DNA from: Chloroflexota bacterium
GTDB lineage: Bacteria > Chloroflexota > UBA11872 > VXOZ01
Length of the DNA stretch: 64,000 bases
Assembly (NCBI GenBank): GCA_964291655.2
Contig: OZ219802.1
Location: forward strand, 1,248,001 to 1,312,000
Reading direction: 5' to 3'
The notes beneath the pieces are model-generated. The model worked only from the letters and a program-made list of their open reading frames with translations. It did no database searches and was not told the DNA's origin. Position numbers and translations under genes: made by a program. This document shows, piece by piece, positions 1-10,770 of this stretch. Numbering within the stretch: the first letter of the stretch is position 1; every line of letters starts with the position of its first letter.

Positions 1-293
1 GCCCAAAGGTGTCAATCAGTACAATGTGTAACCTATCAACCCGAACACCTGTTACCTATCAGCCCAGTCTGTACATCCCCAGGAGAGGGAGTGCCCCTGC
101 CTGAAGGTGGGGTTATGCAAAAGTCTCTATTGGAAGTGAACCGCTCGATCTGGCATGCTGAGGAGCACAGCGACGTAAGAGTTTAGAAGGCAGAAATCAG
201 GTTCCTCGCTACGCCCGGAATGGCATGGAGTGTCGGCCCGTCTGTTAACGCCCGTACGTTCGTGGATACGCTTTCACTGAGGCAAAGGCAACC

Positions 294-1268
294 ATGATCC
301 GCTGTTTCATCGACCATAGCAAGGGCACCGTCGAGGTAGAAGTCGCCAAACTCACGGCTGACGGAGAGGCCATTGCCGACTTAAACCGCGTCGTGCTGGA
401 TGGCGACGCAATCGACATCGGGACGTTGCAGGTACATTGCGATACCTTGCCGTTTCTGGGCGGCGCGAAGCTTGTCATCGTCCGTGGTTTGCTGAGCCGC
501 TGCCTCAAGGAGAAGCCGCTGCGGGAAGGACTGCTGGCGTATCTGCCCGGTTTGCCCGAGCACTGCACGCTGGTACTGTCGGATGACGCGCTGCCGCGCG
601 GCAGGGAGACTACCGCGCTCACGAAGGCATTGCGCGGGTTGCCTGGCACCACCGTGGATACCGCCGACCAGCGCAGAGGCAGACCGCAGGTCTCCTGGAT
701 CGAGGAGAACGCCCCTCGCTTTGGCTGCGGCATTACCCACCGCGCGGCGGAACACCTGGCAGCGGTATTGCCCGACCGCGACACCATTGAACAAGAGCTC
801 ACCAAGCTGGCAAATTACCGCAACCGCACGGGCACGATCAGCGAAGAGGACGTGCACCTGCTCGTGCCGCAGTCACGTGAGTCGAATATCTTCGCCTTTG
901 TCGACGCGGTCGCGGACGGCAGACGACGGCAGGCACTGGCGTTTCTGCACGACCTACCCAATCAGGAACCAGGCTACGTGCTCGTGATGATTGCCCGCCA
1001 GTTTCGCCTCGTCTTGAAAGCGAAACATGCCATACGCAGTGTGCAGTCTCCCCACGAGGTGGCCCGCGCCGTCGGCCTCACCCGCGCGCCCCCGCGAGCG
1101 GTAAACCGCGTTATCACTCAGGCGCGCCGCTTTAACGTGGACCAACTGGCAGCAATTCACGCCCACATTGCCCGTACCGACTTTGCCATCAAGCGGAGCA
1201 AGATGGACCCCGCCACCGCGCTGGACCTGCTCGTCATTGGGTTGTGTTCAATCGCCAGCCAGCGCTGA
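294..1268 (+). CDS. holA: DNA polymerase III delta subunit
   Basis: 324 aa with 'DTLPFLGGAKLVIV', 'ELTKLANY', 'SNIFAFVDAV', 'MIARQFR' and 'DFAIKRS' motifs; convergent with rpsT, a common arrangement. Confidence 0.92.
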   Translation: MIRCFIDHSKGTVEVEVAKLTADGEAIADLNRVVLDGDAIDIGTLQVHCDTLPFLGGAKLVIVRGLLSRCLKEKPLREGLLAYLPGLPEHCTLVLSDDALPRGRETTALTKALRGLPGTTVDTADQRRGRPQVSWIEENAPRFGCGITHRAAEHLAAVLPDRDTIEQELTKLANYRNRTGTISEEDVHLLVPQSRESNIFAFVDAVADGRRRQALAFLHDLPNQEPGYVLVMIARQFRLVLKAKHAIRSVQSPHEVARAVGLTRAPPRAVNRVITQARRFNVDQLAAIHAHIARTDFAIKRSKMDPATALDLLVIGLCSIASQR

Positions 1269-1541
1269 GGAACATGCCGGCAAGGGTGTTCGTGGTCGAT
1301 GCGTGCTCACCCCAATGCAGATCACGGCGAATGATGCAGAGTTCACCCTACTACGCGACGAGGAATCAGACTCTTCATGCCGGCGGGATGCCTGCCTCTA
1401 ACGTGCAACGGGGCAAGCGTCCGCGTGAGAAAAACCTCTGGTCTCCCACTCCCACCAGAGAGAATTCCAACGGGCCGGCCGACACAATGATCAGAGAGAC
1501 ACGGCCTGGTGCACACAAGTTTTCCAATGATGCCTCAATAG

Positions 1542-1590
1542 AATTACCCCCACTCACTCGCCGTGAGAGGGGGTAATTTACTTTTTCTTC
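1542..1590. terminator. Probable intrinsic terminator between convergent holA and rpsT
   Basis: AATTACCCCC-ACTCAC/GTGAG-AGGGGGTAATT stem followed by a T-rich tract. Confidence 0.55.
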
Positions 1591-1618
1591 AGTCTATCTC
1601 AACAGGGGTGCGCCGACA

Positions 1619-1894
1619 TTAGGCAGCTCCGCTGAACGCCTGGTTGAACCGGCGTGTGAGTTGAGACTTGTGTCTGGCAGCGTTGTTGGTGTGAATGACG
1701 CCTTTGCGGGCGGCGCGGTCATAGCGGGCACACGCGAGTGCTACAGCCTCTTGCGCCGTTTCTTGATCACCATCCGCGATTGCGTCTGTTGCTTTGCGGC
1801 TAAAGGTCTTCAAACTGCTGCGCACTGCACGGTTACGGACGCGCCCTCGTTCCTGACGGCGGACGCGCTTCACATCTGCACGTTTCTTGGGCAA
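1619..1894 (-). CDS. rpsT: 30S ribosomal protein S20
   Basis: 91-aa basic protein, 'RNRAVRSSLKT...DRAARKGVIHTNNAARHKSQL'; TTG start. Confidence 0.95.
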   Translation of the reverse strand: MPKKRADVKRVRRQERGRVRNRAVRSSLKTFSRKATDAIADGDQETAQEAVALACARYDRAARKGVIHTNNAARHKSQLTRRFNQAFSGAA

Positions 1895-1956
1895 TGTCTT
1901 GCGTCTCCTCGGCTCTCTTCACCAAATCGTGACGACATAGTACGTTTATTTCGCCC

Positions 1957-1965
1957 ATTATACCA
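1957..1965 (-). promoter_or_regulatory. Extended -10 promoter element for rpsT
   Basis: TGgTATAAT on the minus strand ~60 nt upstream of the start. Confidence 0.5.
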
Positions 1966-2123
1966 ACTTCTGTTGCGCGATGCCCATAACGGGTGAGAAG
2001 ATCAACAGGAATCTCCTTAAACTCGTGGGAGAGACTGAGCGAGATCGCCTGGCTGAGAGTGCACACGTCCTTGTGCGTTCCTGCATCACAATGGGACCCA
2101 AGTGAGAGCTGCTCGCCCCTTCC

Positions 2124-2223
2124 CCGTTCGTGCTGAGCCTGTCGAAGCATGGATGGGATAGACTTCAATCTCGCCAGTAGATTTCCCAGTCCGTTCACCC
2201 TTCGACAAGCTCAGGGCGAACGG
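2124..2223. repeat. REP-like palindromes, CCGTTCG..CTGAGC(C/T)TGTCGAAG family
   Basis: Two copies here; the same motif occurs at 7775, 31020, 31459, 38185-38561, 47160-47290 and 50760. Confidence 0.75.
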
Positions 2224-2332
2224 CATGGACGCTTTGCGCGATGTAAATGCACGCTTTGCGCGATGTAAGAGATTACGCTCAACCGTTAGCCTACAGCACC
2301 CGTGACTTGCAGAACCGTTACCTGCGACCGGC

Positions 2333-2653
2333 TCATTCGGCTTCCTGCGCAGACTCCTGTTTGTATAGTTGCGTAGCGGTGTCGCGGCAGGTCGCCGTAC
2401 GCAAGACAGCATCGCGCGAAACATTCGTCAGGCTTGCCCATCGACCCCAATTGGGTTGGCCCTTGCTCGCGTTCCCCTGCTCGCGCGCCAGCTTATGGAG
2501 CACGGCCGTGGCGCGATTGGCAATATTCGAGAGCATCATGGCCGCTGCTGCCGGCGGCAATTCTGCGGCAATACCCTTGAGCAGCGCATCTGCTTCTTTC
2601 GGCACGGCGCGCGGCTTAACGTCTATGTCCATCTCAATCAACTCCTTGCTCAT
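2333..2653 (-). CDS. Hypothetical protein
   Basis: 106-aa ORF with AGGA directly before the ATG and protein-like composition. Confidence 0.6.
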   Translation of the reverse strand: MSKELIEMDIDVKPRAVPKEADALLKGIAAELPPAAAAMMLSNIANRATAVLHKLAREQGNASKGQPNWGRWASLTNVSRDAVLRTATCRDTATQLYKQESAQEAE

Positions 2654-3107
2654 TCCTGGGTGAATTTCACATTTGCTTCACAATTCAAGGTTACTATGGT
2701 GCTGCCGCTGCTTGGATGGCGGATGGAGGCACGGTCGTTGTACGCCGCTCTCTATGGGTCTCGTTGATTGATGGAGCGGGACCTACCTCTACCGGCACTA
2801 GTTGCGGCTAACTTGACAAATACGAGCACAGCACCCAAAGCGGAGAGTGTCGCGCACATCAACCAGCGGGCAGCCGCCGCGTACTTCCACTGAATCATAC
2901 CAAATTCAACCGAAATCTCCGTTGGCATGCTGATGCACGGGCTGAAGGGCATACGTCTTACGCCGAAATGAGACTCTCTAGTCTGATGTGCCCTGCAGGA
3001 ATGATTGCGGTCACGTTCAGCTACTAGTGGAGCGTGCGGCCAGCCTCTCGCGATATGCTAGACTCAGCCTAAGCGTGTGACTTTGTATGGACGGTGGTTG
3101 ACCAACT

Positions 3108-4421
3108 GTGAATGACCCGTCAGTCGAGCGAGTGGGGCCGGTAGCCCTTTCAGAACGCATCCACGTCATAGACATCCTGCGGGGCTTCGCCCTCCTTGGC
3201 ATATTGCTTGTGAATATGCACCTCTTTAGTTACCCGGTGCAGGAGTTGCTTATTGGCTATGACGAGGTCGGACCGCTATTCGATCGTGTCGCCGCCTTGG
3301 GCATTCAGATCTTCGCTGAATCGAAATTCTACCCGATATTTTCATTCCTCTTCGGTCTGGGATTCGCCCTTCAGATGCAGCGTGCTGAAGAACGCGGCAC
3401 TACGTTTGTTCCGCTCTATCTGCGCCGCTTGTGCATACTCTTGCTGATAGGCCTGGCCCATGCGATATTCGTTTGGGTGGGGGACATTCTGGTGCTCTAT
3501 GCTGTGCTGGGAGCAATCCTTCTGCTCTTCTTCCGCAAACGCTCGCCACGGATCCTGCTCATGTGGGCGGGGGTCTTTCTGGCACTATCGGTACTGCTGC
3601 CTGCCGGTCTCAGCGGGCTGGCAATGCTCGCCAAACTCACGCCTGCCGGCGCAGCCGAGGTTAGCGCGAGCTTTGCCGCTTCGGACGCGGGGCTGCGCGC
3701 CGATGCAGCGCAGGCCGACGTCATCTACGCTACAGGATCCTTTGCCGAGATTACCGCACAACGCCTGAGCGATCTGCGCCTGATGTACAGTGTTGCCGTT
3801 TTCTTGGCTTTCAACGCTTTTGCCATGTTCCTGCTCGGACTCTACGCCGGACGCCGCGGCATATTCCGCGACATTTCGGGACACACGTCGCTATTGAAGA
3901 AGCTATTCTGGTGGGGTCTCGTACTAGGGGTGAGTAGTAATCTCGCCCACGCGATGGCGAGTCACGGTCCGGAGTTTGCACTGCCTAACTGGATGGATGT
4001 GCTTGCCGACTCTGCGCGCACGCTCGGCGCGCCGGTGCTCGCGCTCGGCTACATTGCCGGAATCACTCTCTTGCTGCACCAGGATGCCTGGCGAACGCGG
4101 CTGGGGCCGCTGGCTGCGGTTGGCCGCATGGCATTGACCAACTACCTGCTGCAATCGCTCACCGCGACCATGCTCTTCTATGGCTACGGCTTCGGTCTCT
4201 TCGGCCAAGTGGGGCCGGGCCTTGGCCTTCTCATCACTGTAGCCATCTTCGGTGCACAGATACCGCTCAGCGTATGGTGGCTGCGGCACTTCCAATACGG
4301 GCCGGTGGAGTGGCTGTGGCGCACGCTCACCTATCTTCGATGGCAGCCCTTCCTTGTGCCTCAATCGCCAGACAACAAAGTGCGTAAGCAGGATACTTTT
4401 ACTGCGGAGACAATTCACTAG
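3108..4421 (+). CDS. DUF418/YeiB-family membrane protein
   Basis: 'ERIHVIDILRGFALLGILLVN', 'KFYPIFSFLFGLG', 'GRMALTNYLLQS' and 'GPVEWLWRTLTY' signatures. Confidence 0.9.
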   Translation: MNDPSVERVGPVALSERIHVIDILRGFALLGILLVNMHLFSYPVQELLIGYDEVGPLFDRVAALGIQIFAESKFYPIFSFLFGLGFALQMQRAEERGTTFVPLYLRRLCILLLIGLAHAIFVWVGDILVLYAVLGAILLLFFRKRSPRILLMWAGVFLALSVLLPAGLSGLAMLAKLTPAGAAEVSASFAASDAGLRADAAQADVIYATGSFAEITAQRLSDLRLMYSVAVFLAFNAFAMFLLGLYAGRRGIFRDISGHTSLLKKLFWWGLVLGVSSNLAHAMASHGPEFALPNWMDVLADSARTLGAPVLALGYIAGITLLLHQDAWRTRLGPLAAVGRMALTNYLLQSLTATMLFYGYGFGLFGQVGPGLGLLITVAIFGAQIPLSVWWLRHFQYGPVEWLWRTLTYLRWQPFLVPQSPDNKVRKQDTFTAETIH

Positions 4422-4551
4422 GAGCCCTTCTAGCTTCTCAAGGGAGAATTTACAAAGTCTCCGCAAGGAATGGGCACACGTCCCGGTAGCAAGATGATTT
4501 ACGGCGGCCTGGAAATCACCAAGCCACCGCAAATTCAACAGTCCCGAGGTG

Positions 4552-7245
4552 CTAGCCGGCAAACTCTATTGCGATTGTCTCAATCGCGTAGCCGCCTAGC
4601 GGCACGATGACGGTTTTGCCGGAAACCGCAAGCTCCGTCTCCAGGTCTCCCATGAGGTCGGTCACCCACGCCGCTTTCACCGCGCGCGGGAGCTCCAGCG
4701 TTACGGTCGTGTCCTCGCCGTGGGCCTCGAAGAGGCGCAGCATCCAGTTGCCGGCACGGTCCGGGTGCTCCTGAATGGTGGTGATGACCACGTTTGGCGC
4801 GTCCGTCCGCACGAAGCTCTCGGAGTCGCTGAGGAACGTATTGCCTGCAAACGGCTGCATCGGCGTCGCGGTCGCGAGCTTGGCGGTCTGCAGGGGGTTC
4901 CAGTGCTGCCAGCCGACGCGCTCACCGTTGGCGCTCCGCCAGTCGCCGTCGTGCGGCACCAGCGTCGCGTGGTACGTGTGCACGCCGAGGTTCGGGTATT
5001 CGAAGAACGGTGTGCCGCAAGAGTAGGTCGTGCGCAGGGGCGACGGGTAGATGGCGGTGCCGTGAATGGCGTGCAGGCAGTTGCTCGTGCCCAGCGTGAC
5101 GCCATACTCCTCGTTGGATACGTCCAGCCACTTCTGCACCCAGCGGGCGCCGTCCCCGCGGTACGTGTTCGGCATCTCATCTCGACCGAACACCACGTTG
5201 CCAAAGGGTACTTCGTACGTGATTTCACCGTTTGGCACATTATAGGGCAGCGCAATGCGCACCTGGGTGTTCTTCGTGCCGTTCCAGTCGATGGAGGTCG
5301 TCAGGTCCACGCGCGGTTCCTCATCATGCAGGCGGATTTCCTGCACAATCGGCGCCCCGAGCACGTGGCTGCGAAGACAGACCGTCGTCCAGATTGGCCC
5401 GCGCTCGACCCATTGCACCTGGGTAGGACCGTCGCTGGCGCGCCATTCCCGGCCGGTAAAGTTCGTGCTTGCCAGCCACTCTTCGCCGCCGGCCTGTACC
5501 GCCAGAGCCTCATCGGACGTCTGGAACTTCATGGCCTGCTCGTCCAGCGAGTCTTCCAAGTCGAAGCGCAGGTCTTCCAGCACCACGACCTCGTTGAAGT
5601 AGTGGTCTGCCTCGGCAGCGAGCTCAACACTGGATCCATCCGCCTGCTTCCACTGCAAACTCTTCACCATGCCGCCGGTAACGTCCAGACGAAAGTGGTC
5701 GTTTTCCACCACGTGCTCGGCTTTCCCACGCCGGGTGGCTTGATCGCCGGTGCCAAACTGCGGCTCCAGGTAGAACGCCTTGAAGCCAAGCGGGGGCACA
5801 TCCTTCGCCAGGAACGCAAAGTCCACCCGCGAGCGGCGAACATTCGCGGCATCGGCGCGGTCCTGGCTGGCATTCTGGGTCTTGATGACCTGGCACGGCA
5901 TTTCGTTGCCCTGCCCGTCAGTGATACGGATACCTGTGACGTTGTCCCCTGGAAACTCCATGTAGTCTTCTACCACGTCCGAGCGGTCCCAGTTGAGCGC
6001 GTTGCTCACAAGCAACGTGCACGCCGCGCCGCTGGGCGGCGTGTAATTGACGTGCGTGGCAAACTGGTTGTTCGCCTCCCGCGCGATCTCCTGGCCGATC
6101 ATGCGGGCATGCACGGCAGTCCTATGGCGCACGTCGTTGTTGAGCTCTCCGTGTCTGCCTCCAAGGTTATGGTCGTGGCAGTTATACAGATCTTCCCAGG
6201 CGGGATCGAGTTCGGCCCGCGGATACGCGCCCAAGCCCAGCAAGCCGCGGATGGCGGAGAGCTTCTCAGCGGATGCCAGCGCGTTCTCCGCGTGGCGCGC
6301 TTCCAGATAGACCCGCGGCGCTACCGCGGGCAGCGCATAGAAGGCATACGGAGACTGGCCGCCGTAGACCGGCAGATCGTCCAGCTTGCCGGTGCGCTCG
6401 GCGGCTTCGAAGAAGTCTGTAATGGTGGCAAAGGTGAAGTTCAGCTTGCCCTCATCGGTCAACTGCTTGGCCCTGGCCAGCAGGTCTTCAGGAATTGGCG
6501 GCCGCAGGTCGGACTGTCCCATCATGAGCAGCACGGGCAGCGGCCAAATGCGCATCGCCTCCGAAATCGACTGCACTTCAAGGTCTTCGCCCTCATAGTG
6601 GCGCAACCAGGGCATGTCGGGATTGGTGAGCATGAAGGCCCAGCCATAGGTGTTCATGTGGTTGGCCGCCAGCACACGCGAGCCGTCCGGCGCCTGCCAC
6701 CAGTAAACGGGGGAGTACGGGCGGAATCTCGAACAAGAGAAGTATTTCACTCCGGCTTTGGCGAGCAATTGGGGTGTCTGCGGCGTGTGGCCCGGCAGGT
6801 CCGAGTGCTGGGCGGTGGGCAGATCAACGTCCAGCACGTCACGGGCGAAGCGCTTGGCGTGCACGATCTCCCGCACCATGATCTCCCCGTCGAGGATGTC
6901 CTCCATGTAGCCCACCATGGCGGCGGTCGTCTCGAGCTTACCCTCTTTGACGAGTTGCTTCACCTTGGGCAGGTACTCCGGAAAGCGCGCGAGGAAGTGA
7001 CGCAGAAACGCGGCGTATTCGACGGTGAAGCGGTAGTCCGGCACCGGCCCGGCGATGGCGTCAATGGACCCCTTGATCAGCTCGTCTGCGTAGGCGAGAC
7101 ACTCGGAGATGCCCGCGCACCAGCCAAAGTCAAGATGCGCGCCCGGCACGATGAAGACCTCCTCCGGCAAGGTAATCTCATCCAGGGGAACAACCGTTGC
7201 CTTGCGGACGCTGTTGACCTCCGCCGGCCAAGTCTTGCTTGCCAT
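4552..7245 (-). CDS. Glycoside hydrolase family 38 (alpha-mannosidase-like), copy 1
   Basis: 897 aa; 'AHLDFGW', 'DLPGHTPQTPQLL', 'HDHNLGG' and 'YEVPFG' motifs. Confidence 0.85.
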   Translation of the reverse strand: MASKTWPAEVNSVRKATVVPLDEITLPEEVFIVPGAHLDFGWCAGISECLAYADELIKGSIDAIAGPVPDYRFTVEYAAFLRHFLARFPEYLPKVKQLVKEGKLETTAAMVGYMEDILDGEIMVREIVHAKRFARDVLDVDLPTAQHSDLPGHTPQTPQLLAKAGVKYFSCSRFRPYSPVYWWQAPDGSRVLAANHMNTYGWAFMLTNPDMPWLRHYEGEDLEVQSISEAMRIWPLPVLLMMGQSDLRPPIPEDLLARAKQLTDEGKLNFTFATITDFFEAAERTGKLDDLPVYGGQSPYAFYALPAVAPRVYLEARHAENALASAEKLSAIRGLLGLGAYPRAELDPAWEDLYNCHDHNLGGRHGELNNDVRHRTAVHARMIGQEIAREANNQFATHVNYTPPSGAACTLLVSNALNWDRSDVVEDYMEFPGDNVTGIRITDGQGNEMPCQVIKTQNASQDRADAANVRRSRVDFAFLAKDVPPLGFKAFYLEPQFGTGDQATRRGKAEHVVENDHFRLDVTGGMVKSLQWKQADGSSVELAAEADHYFNEVVVLEDLRFDLEDSLDEQAMKFQTSDEALAVQAGGEEWLASTNFTGREWRASDGPTQVQWVERGPIWTTVCLRSHVLGAPIVQEIRLHDEEPRVDLTTSIDWNGTKNTQVRIALPYNVPNGEITYEVPFGNVVFGRDEMPNTYRGDGARWVQKWLDVSNEEYGVTLGTSNCLHAIHGTAIYPSPLRTTYSCGTPFFEYPNLGVHTYHATLVPHDGDWRSANGERVGWQHWNPLQTAKLATATPMQPFAGNTFLSDSESFVRTDAPNVVITTIQEHPDRAGNWMLRLFEAHGEDTTVTLELPRAVKAAWVTDLMGDLETELAVSGKTVIVPLGGYAIETIAIEFAG

Positions 7246-7317
7246 GAGACCTTCTTTCTCCTTCTGTGCTGGTTAAAGTTCGCATTCGCTAGCCACTTTA
7301 AATCCGACGATCCTTGC

Positions 7318-7462
7318 GTCATTCCGGCGAAAAGCCGGAATCCAGTCTTTGCCACGTGAATCTGGCAGTGGGGGATCAACCTAGGACTTACCATAGCACT
7401 CCATCCGCCCGTCATTCCGGCGAAAAGCCTGCCCCGTAATCGATACGGGAGCGGAATCCAGA
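7318..7462. repeat. CGTC-type REP palindromes (GTCATTCCGGCGAAAAGCCGGAATCCA)
   Basis: Two copies, the second carrying the CCTGCCCCGTA..GATACGGG insertion; many further copies across the window. Confidence 0.8.
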
Positions 7463-7959
7463 GGCGGTCTTGTGATCCAACCGCGCCGCCGGTTGACGGC
7501 TGCCTACAGAATACACCCCATTGGCGCGGCGGGGTGCAAATCCATAGCACATTGCTTGTCATGATCGTTGCTTGCCACGATCTTATTCCGTGGCAATGGC
7601 TCCGGCCCCTGCGTGCAGATCGGTCCGGCACTGGGACTTTTCTTCAGCCTAATCAACTTCACGGCTCAGATTTTGCCAAGCGTAGGGTGGACGAATACGC
7701 TCCTGTTCGGCACGGTGGGATGACTTTAGCGGACGTTGACGTGGGGACGGTTGGCCGGTGAGTGACGAGAAGAACCGTTCACCCTTCGACAAGCTCAGGG
7801 CGAACGGTTCTTCTCTCTTGCTATTAGTTCTTCTCTCTTGCTATTGATTAGCCTTGTTGCAGGTAGGTTTTGCTGAGTGCACTTGAGCAATCTGACTGGG
7901 CAGCTCAGCACTCCGATGTTCAGTTCACGTCTTCAGCTTTTGCTCGCTAGGCGCGTTCG

Positions 7960-10653
7960 TTAACCCCCAAAAGCAACTGCTATCGTCTCAATCGCATAGC
8001 CGCCCAAAGGCACGGTGACCGTGCTGCCGGAGACCGCGAGCTCCGTCTCAAGGTCTCCCATGAGGTCGGTCACCCACGCCGCTTTCACCGCGCGCGGGAG
8101 CTCCAGCGTTACGGTCGTGTCCTCGCCGTGGGCCTCGAAGAGGCGCAGCATCCAGTTGCCGGCGCGGTCCGGGTGCTCCTGAATGGTGGTGATGACCACG
8201 TTGGGCGCGTCCGTGCGCACGAAGCTCTCGGAGTCGCTGAGGAACGTATTGCCCGCAAACGGCTGCATCGGCGCCGCGGTCGCGAGCTTGGCGGTCTGCA
8301 AGGGGTTCCAGTGCTGCCAGCCGACGCGCTCACCGTTGGCGCTCCGCCAGCTACCGTCGTGCGGCACCAGCGTCGCGTGGTAAGTGTGCACGCCGAGGTT
8401 CGGGTACTCGAAGAACGGCGTCCCACAGGAGTACGCCGTGCGGATGAACATCGGGTAGACGGACGTGCCTTTTATGGTATGCACACAGTTGCTCGTGCCC
8501 AGGGTAACGCCGTAGTCGCTGTTGGAAACATCCAGCCACTTTTGCACCCAGCGTGAGCCGTCGCCCCGATACGTATTTGGCACCTCATCCTTGCCGAATA
8601 CCACGTTGGCATAGGGCACTTCATACGTGACTTCACCACCCGGCACATTGTAGGGCAGCGCCAGCCGCACCTGCGTATTCTTCGAACCGTTCCAGTCGAT
8701 GGTGGTGGTGAGGTCCACGCGCGGTTCGTGGTTGTGCAGGCGGATTTCCTGCACGATCGGCGCTTCCAGCACGTGGCTGCGGCTGCAGACCGTGGTCCAG
8801 ATGGTCCCGCGCTCGACCCACTGCACCTGGGTAGGACCGTCGCTCGCCCGCCATTCGCGGCCGGTGAAATTCGTATCGGCCAGCCAGTCTTCGCCTCTGG
8901 CCTGCACCTCCAGCGCCTCATCGGTCGTTGGCACTTTCATGGCCTGCTCGTCCTGGGAGTCTTCCAGATCGAAGCGCAGGTCTTCCAGCACCACGACCTC
9001 GTTGAAGTAGTGGTCGGCCTCGGCAGCGAGCTCAACACTGCAACCGTCCGCCCGCTTCCACTGCAAGCTCTTGACCATGCCGCCGGTAACGTCCAGCCGG
9101 AAGTGGTCGTTCTCGACCACGTGCTCCATGGTCATGCGGCGCGTACTCTGGTCGCTGGCGCCGACCCGTGGCTCCAAGTAGAAGGCCTTGACGCCCAGTG
9201 ACGGCACGTCCTTGGCCAAGAAAGCAAAGTCCACGCGGGAATAGCCAAAGCCGGCAAAGTCGACCCGGTCGTCGCCGGCGTTTTGCGCCTTGATGACCTG
9301 GCACGGCATTTCGTTGCCCTGCCCGTCGGTGACGCGGATGCCCGTGACGTTATCCCCGCCAAACTCCATGTAGTCCACCACCACTTCCGAGCGGTCCCAG
9401 TTGAGCGGGTTGCTGACCAGGATTGTGCGCGCCTCGTCGCTGGGCGGCGTGTAATTGACGTGGGTGGCAAACTGGTTATTGGCCTCCCGCGCGATCTCCA
9501 TGCCGATCATGCGGGCGTGCACGGCGGTCTTGTAGCGTACGTCGTCGTTGAGCTCGCCATGCCTGCCCCCAACGTTATGGTCGTGGCAGTTGTAGAGGTC
9601 TTCCCAGGCGGGATCAAGTTCGGCGCGCGGGTACGCGCCTAGTCCCAGCAGCCCGCGGATGGCGGAGAGTTTCTCTGCGCTCGCCAGCGCATTCTCCGCG
9701 TGGCGCGCTTCCAGATAGACCCGCGGCGCGAACGCCGGAATTGCGTAGAAGGCGTACGGGAAGTGACCGCCGTAGACGGGCAAGTCTTCCACCTTGCCGG
9801 TGCGCTCGGCGGCTTCAAAGAAGTCCGTAATGGTGGAGAAGGTGAAGTTGAGCTTGCCTTCGTCGGTAAGTTTCTTGGCCGCGGCCACCATGTCCTCCGG
9901 TATCGGCGGCCGTAGGTCGGACTGCCCCATCATGAGCAGCACGGGCAAGGGCCAGAGACGCATGGCCTCCGAAATCGAATACACTTCCGGCTCATCACCC
10001 TCATACTCGGGCAGCCAGCCGAATTCCGGATTGGTAAGCAAAAAAGCCCAACCGTAGTTGTTGAGGTGGTTGGCCGCCAGCACCCGCGAACCGTCCGGCG
10101 CCTCCCACCAGTGGACCGGCGAATACGGGCGGAATCTCGTGTAGGAAAAGTATTTCACGCCGGCTTTGGCAAGCAATTGGGGCATCTGCGGTGTGTGGCC
10201 CGGCAGGTCGGAGTGCTGGGCCGTGGGCAGGTCGCAGTCCAACACATCGCGGGCGAAGCGCTTGGCGTGCACGATCTCCCGCACCATGATCTCGCCGTCG
10301 AGAATATCCTCCATGTAGCCGACCATGGCGGCGGTGGTCTCAAGCTTGCGCTCCTTGACAAGCTGCTTCACCGTGGGCAGATACTCTGGAAAACGCGCCA
10401 GGAAATGGCGCAGGAACGCGGCGTATTCGACGGTGAAGCGGTAATCCGGCACCGGACCGGTGATAGCGTCAATAGAGCCTTTTATCAACTCGTCAGCGTA
10501 GGCGAGACACTCGGAGATGCCCGCGCACCAGCCAAAGTCAAGATGCGCGCCCGGGACAATGAAAATCTCCTCCGGCAACGTGATCTCATCGAAGGGAACT
10601 ACGGTCGCCTTGCGGACGCTGTTGACCTCGGCAGGCCATGTCTTGATTGCCAT
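7960..10653 (-). CDS. Glycoside hydrolase family 38, copy 2 (tandem paralog)
   Basis: 897 aa, collinear with and highly similar to 4552..7245. Confidence 0.85.
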   Translation of the reverse strand: MAIKTWPAEVNSVRKATVVPFDEITLPEEIFIVPGAHLDFGWCAGISECLAYADELIKGSIDAITGPVPDYRFTVEYAAFLRHFLARFPEYLPTVKQLVKERKLETTAAMVGYMEDILDGEIMVREIVHAKRFARDVLDCDLPTAQHSDLPGHTPQMPQLLAKAGVKYFSYTRFRPYSPVHWWEAPDGSRVLAANHLNNYGWAFLLTNPEFGWLPEYEGDEPEVYSISEAMRLWPLPVLLMMGQSDLRPPIPEDMVAAAKKLTDEGKLNFTFSTITDFFEAAERTGKVEDLPVYGGHFPYAFYAIPAFAPRVYLEARHAENALASAEKLSAIRGLLGLGAYPRAELDPAWEDLYNCHDHNVGGRHGELNDDVRYKTAVHARMIGMEIAREANNQFATHVNYTPPSDEARTILVSNPLNWDRSEVVVDYMEFGGDNVTGIRVTDGQGNEMPCQVIKAQNAGDDRVDFAGFGYSRVDFAFLAKDVPSLGVKAFYLEPRVGASDQSTRRMTMEHVVENDHFRLDVTGGMVKSLQWKRADGCSVELAAEADHYFNEVVVLEDLRFDLEDSQDEQAMKVPTTDEALEVQARGEDWLADTNFTGREWRASDGPTQVQWVERGTIWTTVCSRSHVLEAPIVQEIRLHNHEPRVDLTTTIDWNGSKNTQVRLALPYNVPGGEVTYEVPYANVVFGKDEVPNTYRGDGSRWVQKWLDVSNSDYGVTLGTSNCVHTIKGTSVYPMFIRTAYSCGTPFFEYPNLGVHTYHATLVPHDGSWRSANGERVGWQHWNPLQTAKLATAAPMQPFAGNTFLSDSESFVRTDAPNVVITTIQEHPDRAGNWMLRLFEAHGEDTTVTLELPRAVKAAWVTDLMGDLETELAVSGSTVTVPLGGYAIETIAVAFGG

Positions 10654-10770
10654 GGGATCGTCCTTCTCCTTCTGTTGCTATAGAGCGGAAACGCTACGTG
10701 CTTGTCAATCCGGGACTATCTCCCCAATGCCAGCAGTCTCTCCTTCATCCCAGCACTCCTTCAGTCATAC

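Noticed and set aside
2752-2952. 66-aa small membrane protein
   Set aside because: No clear RBS or motif; insufficient support.
4720-7359. 879-aa plus-strand ORF and similar long antisense ORFs (e.g. 60808..62754, 49249..50508, 33863..35107, 16517..17773)
   Set aside because: Shadow ORFs opposite well-supported genes in GC-rich DNA; no motifs.
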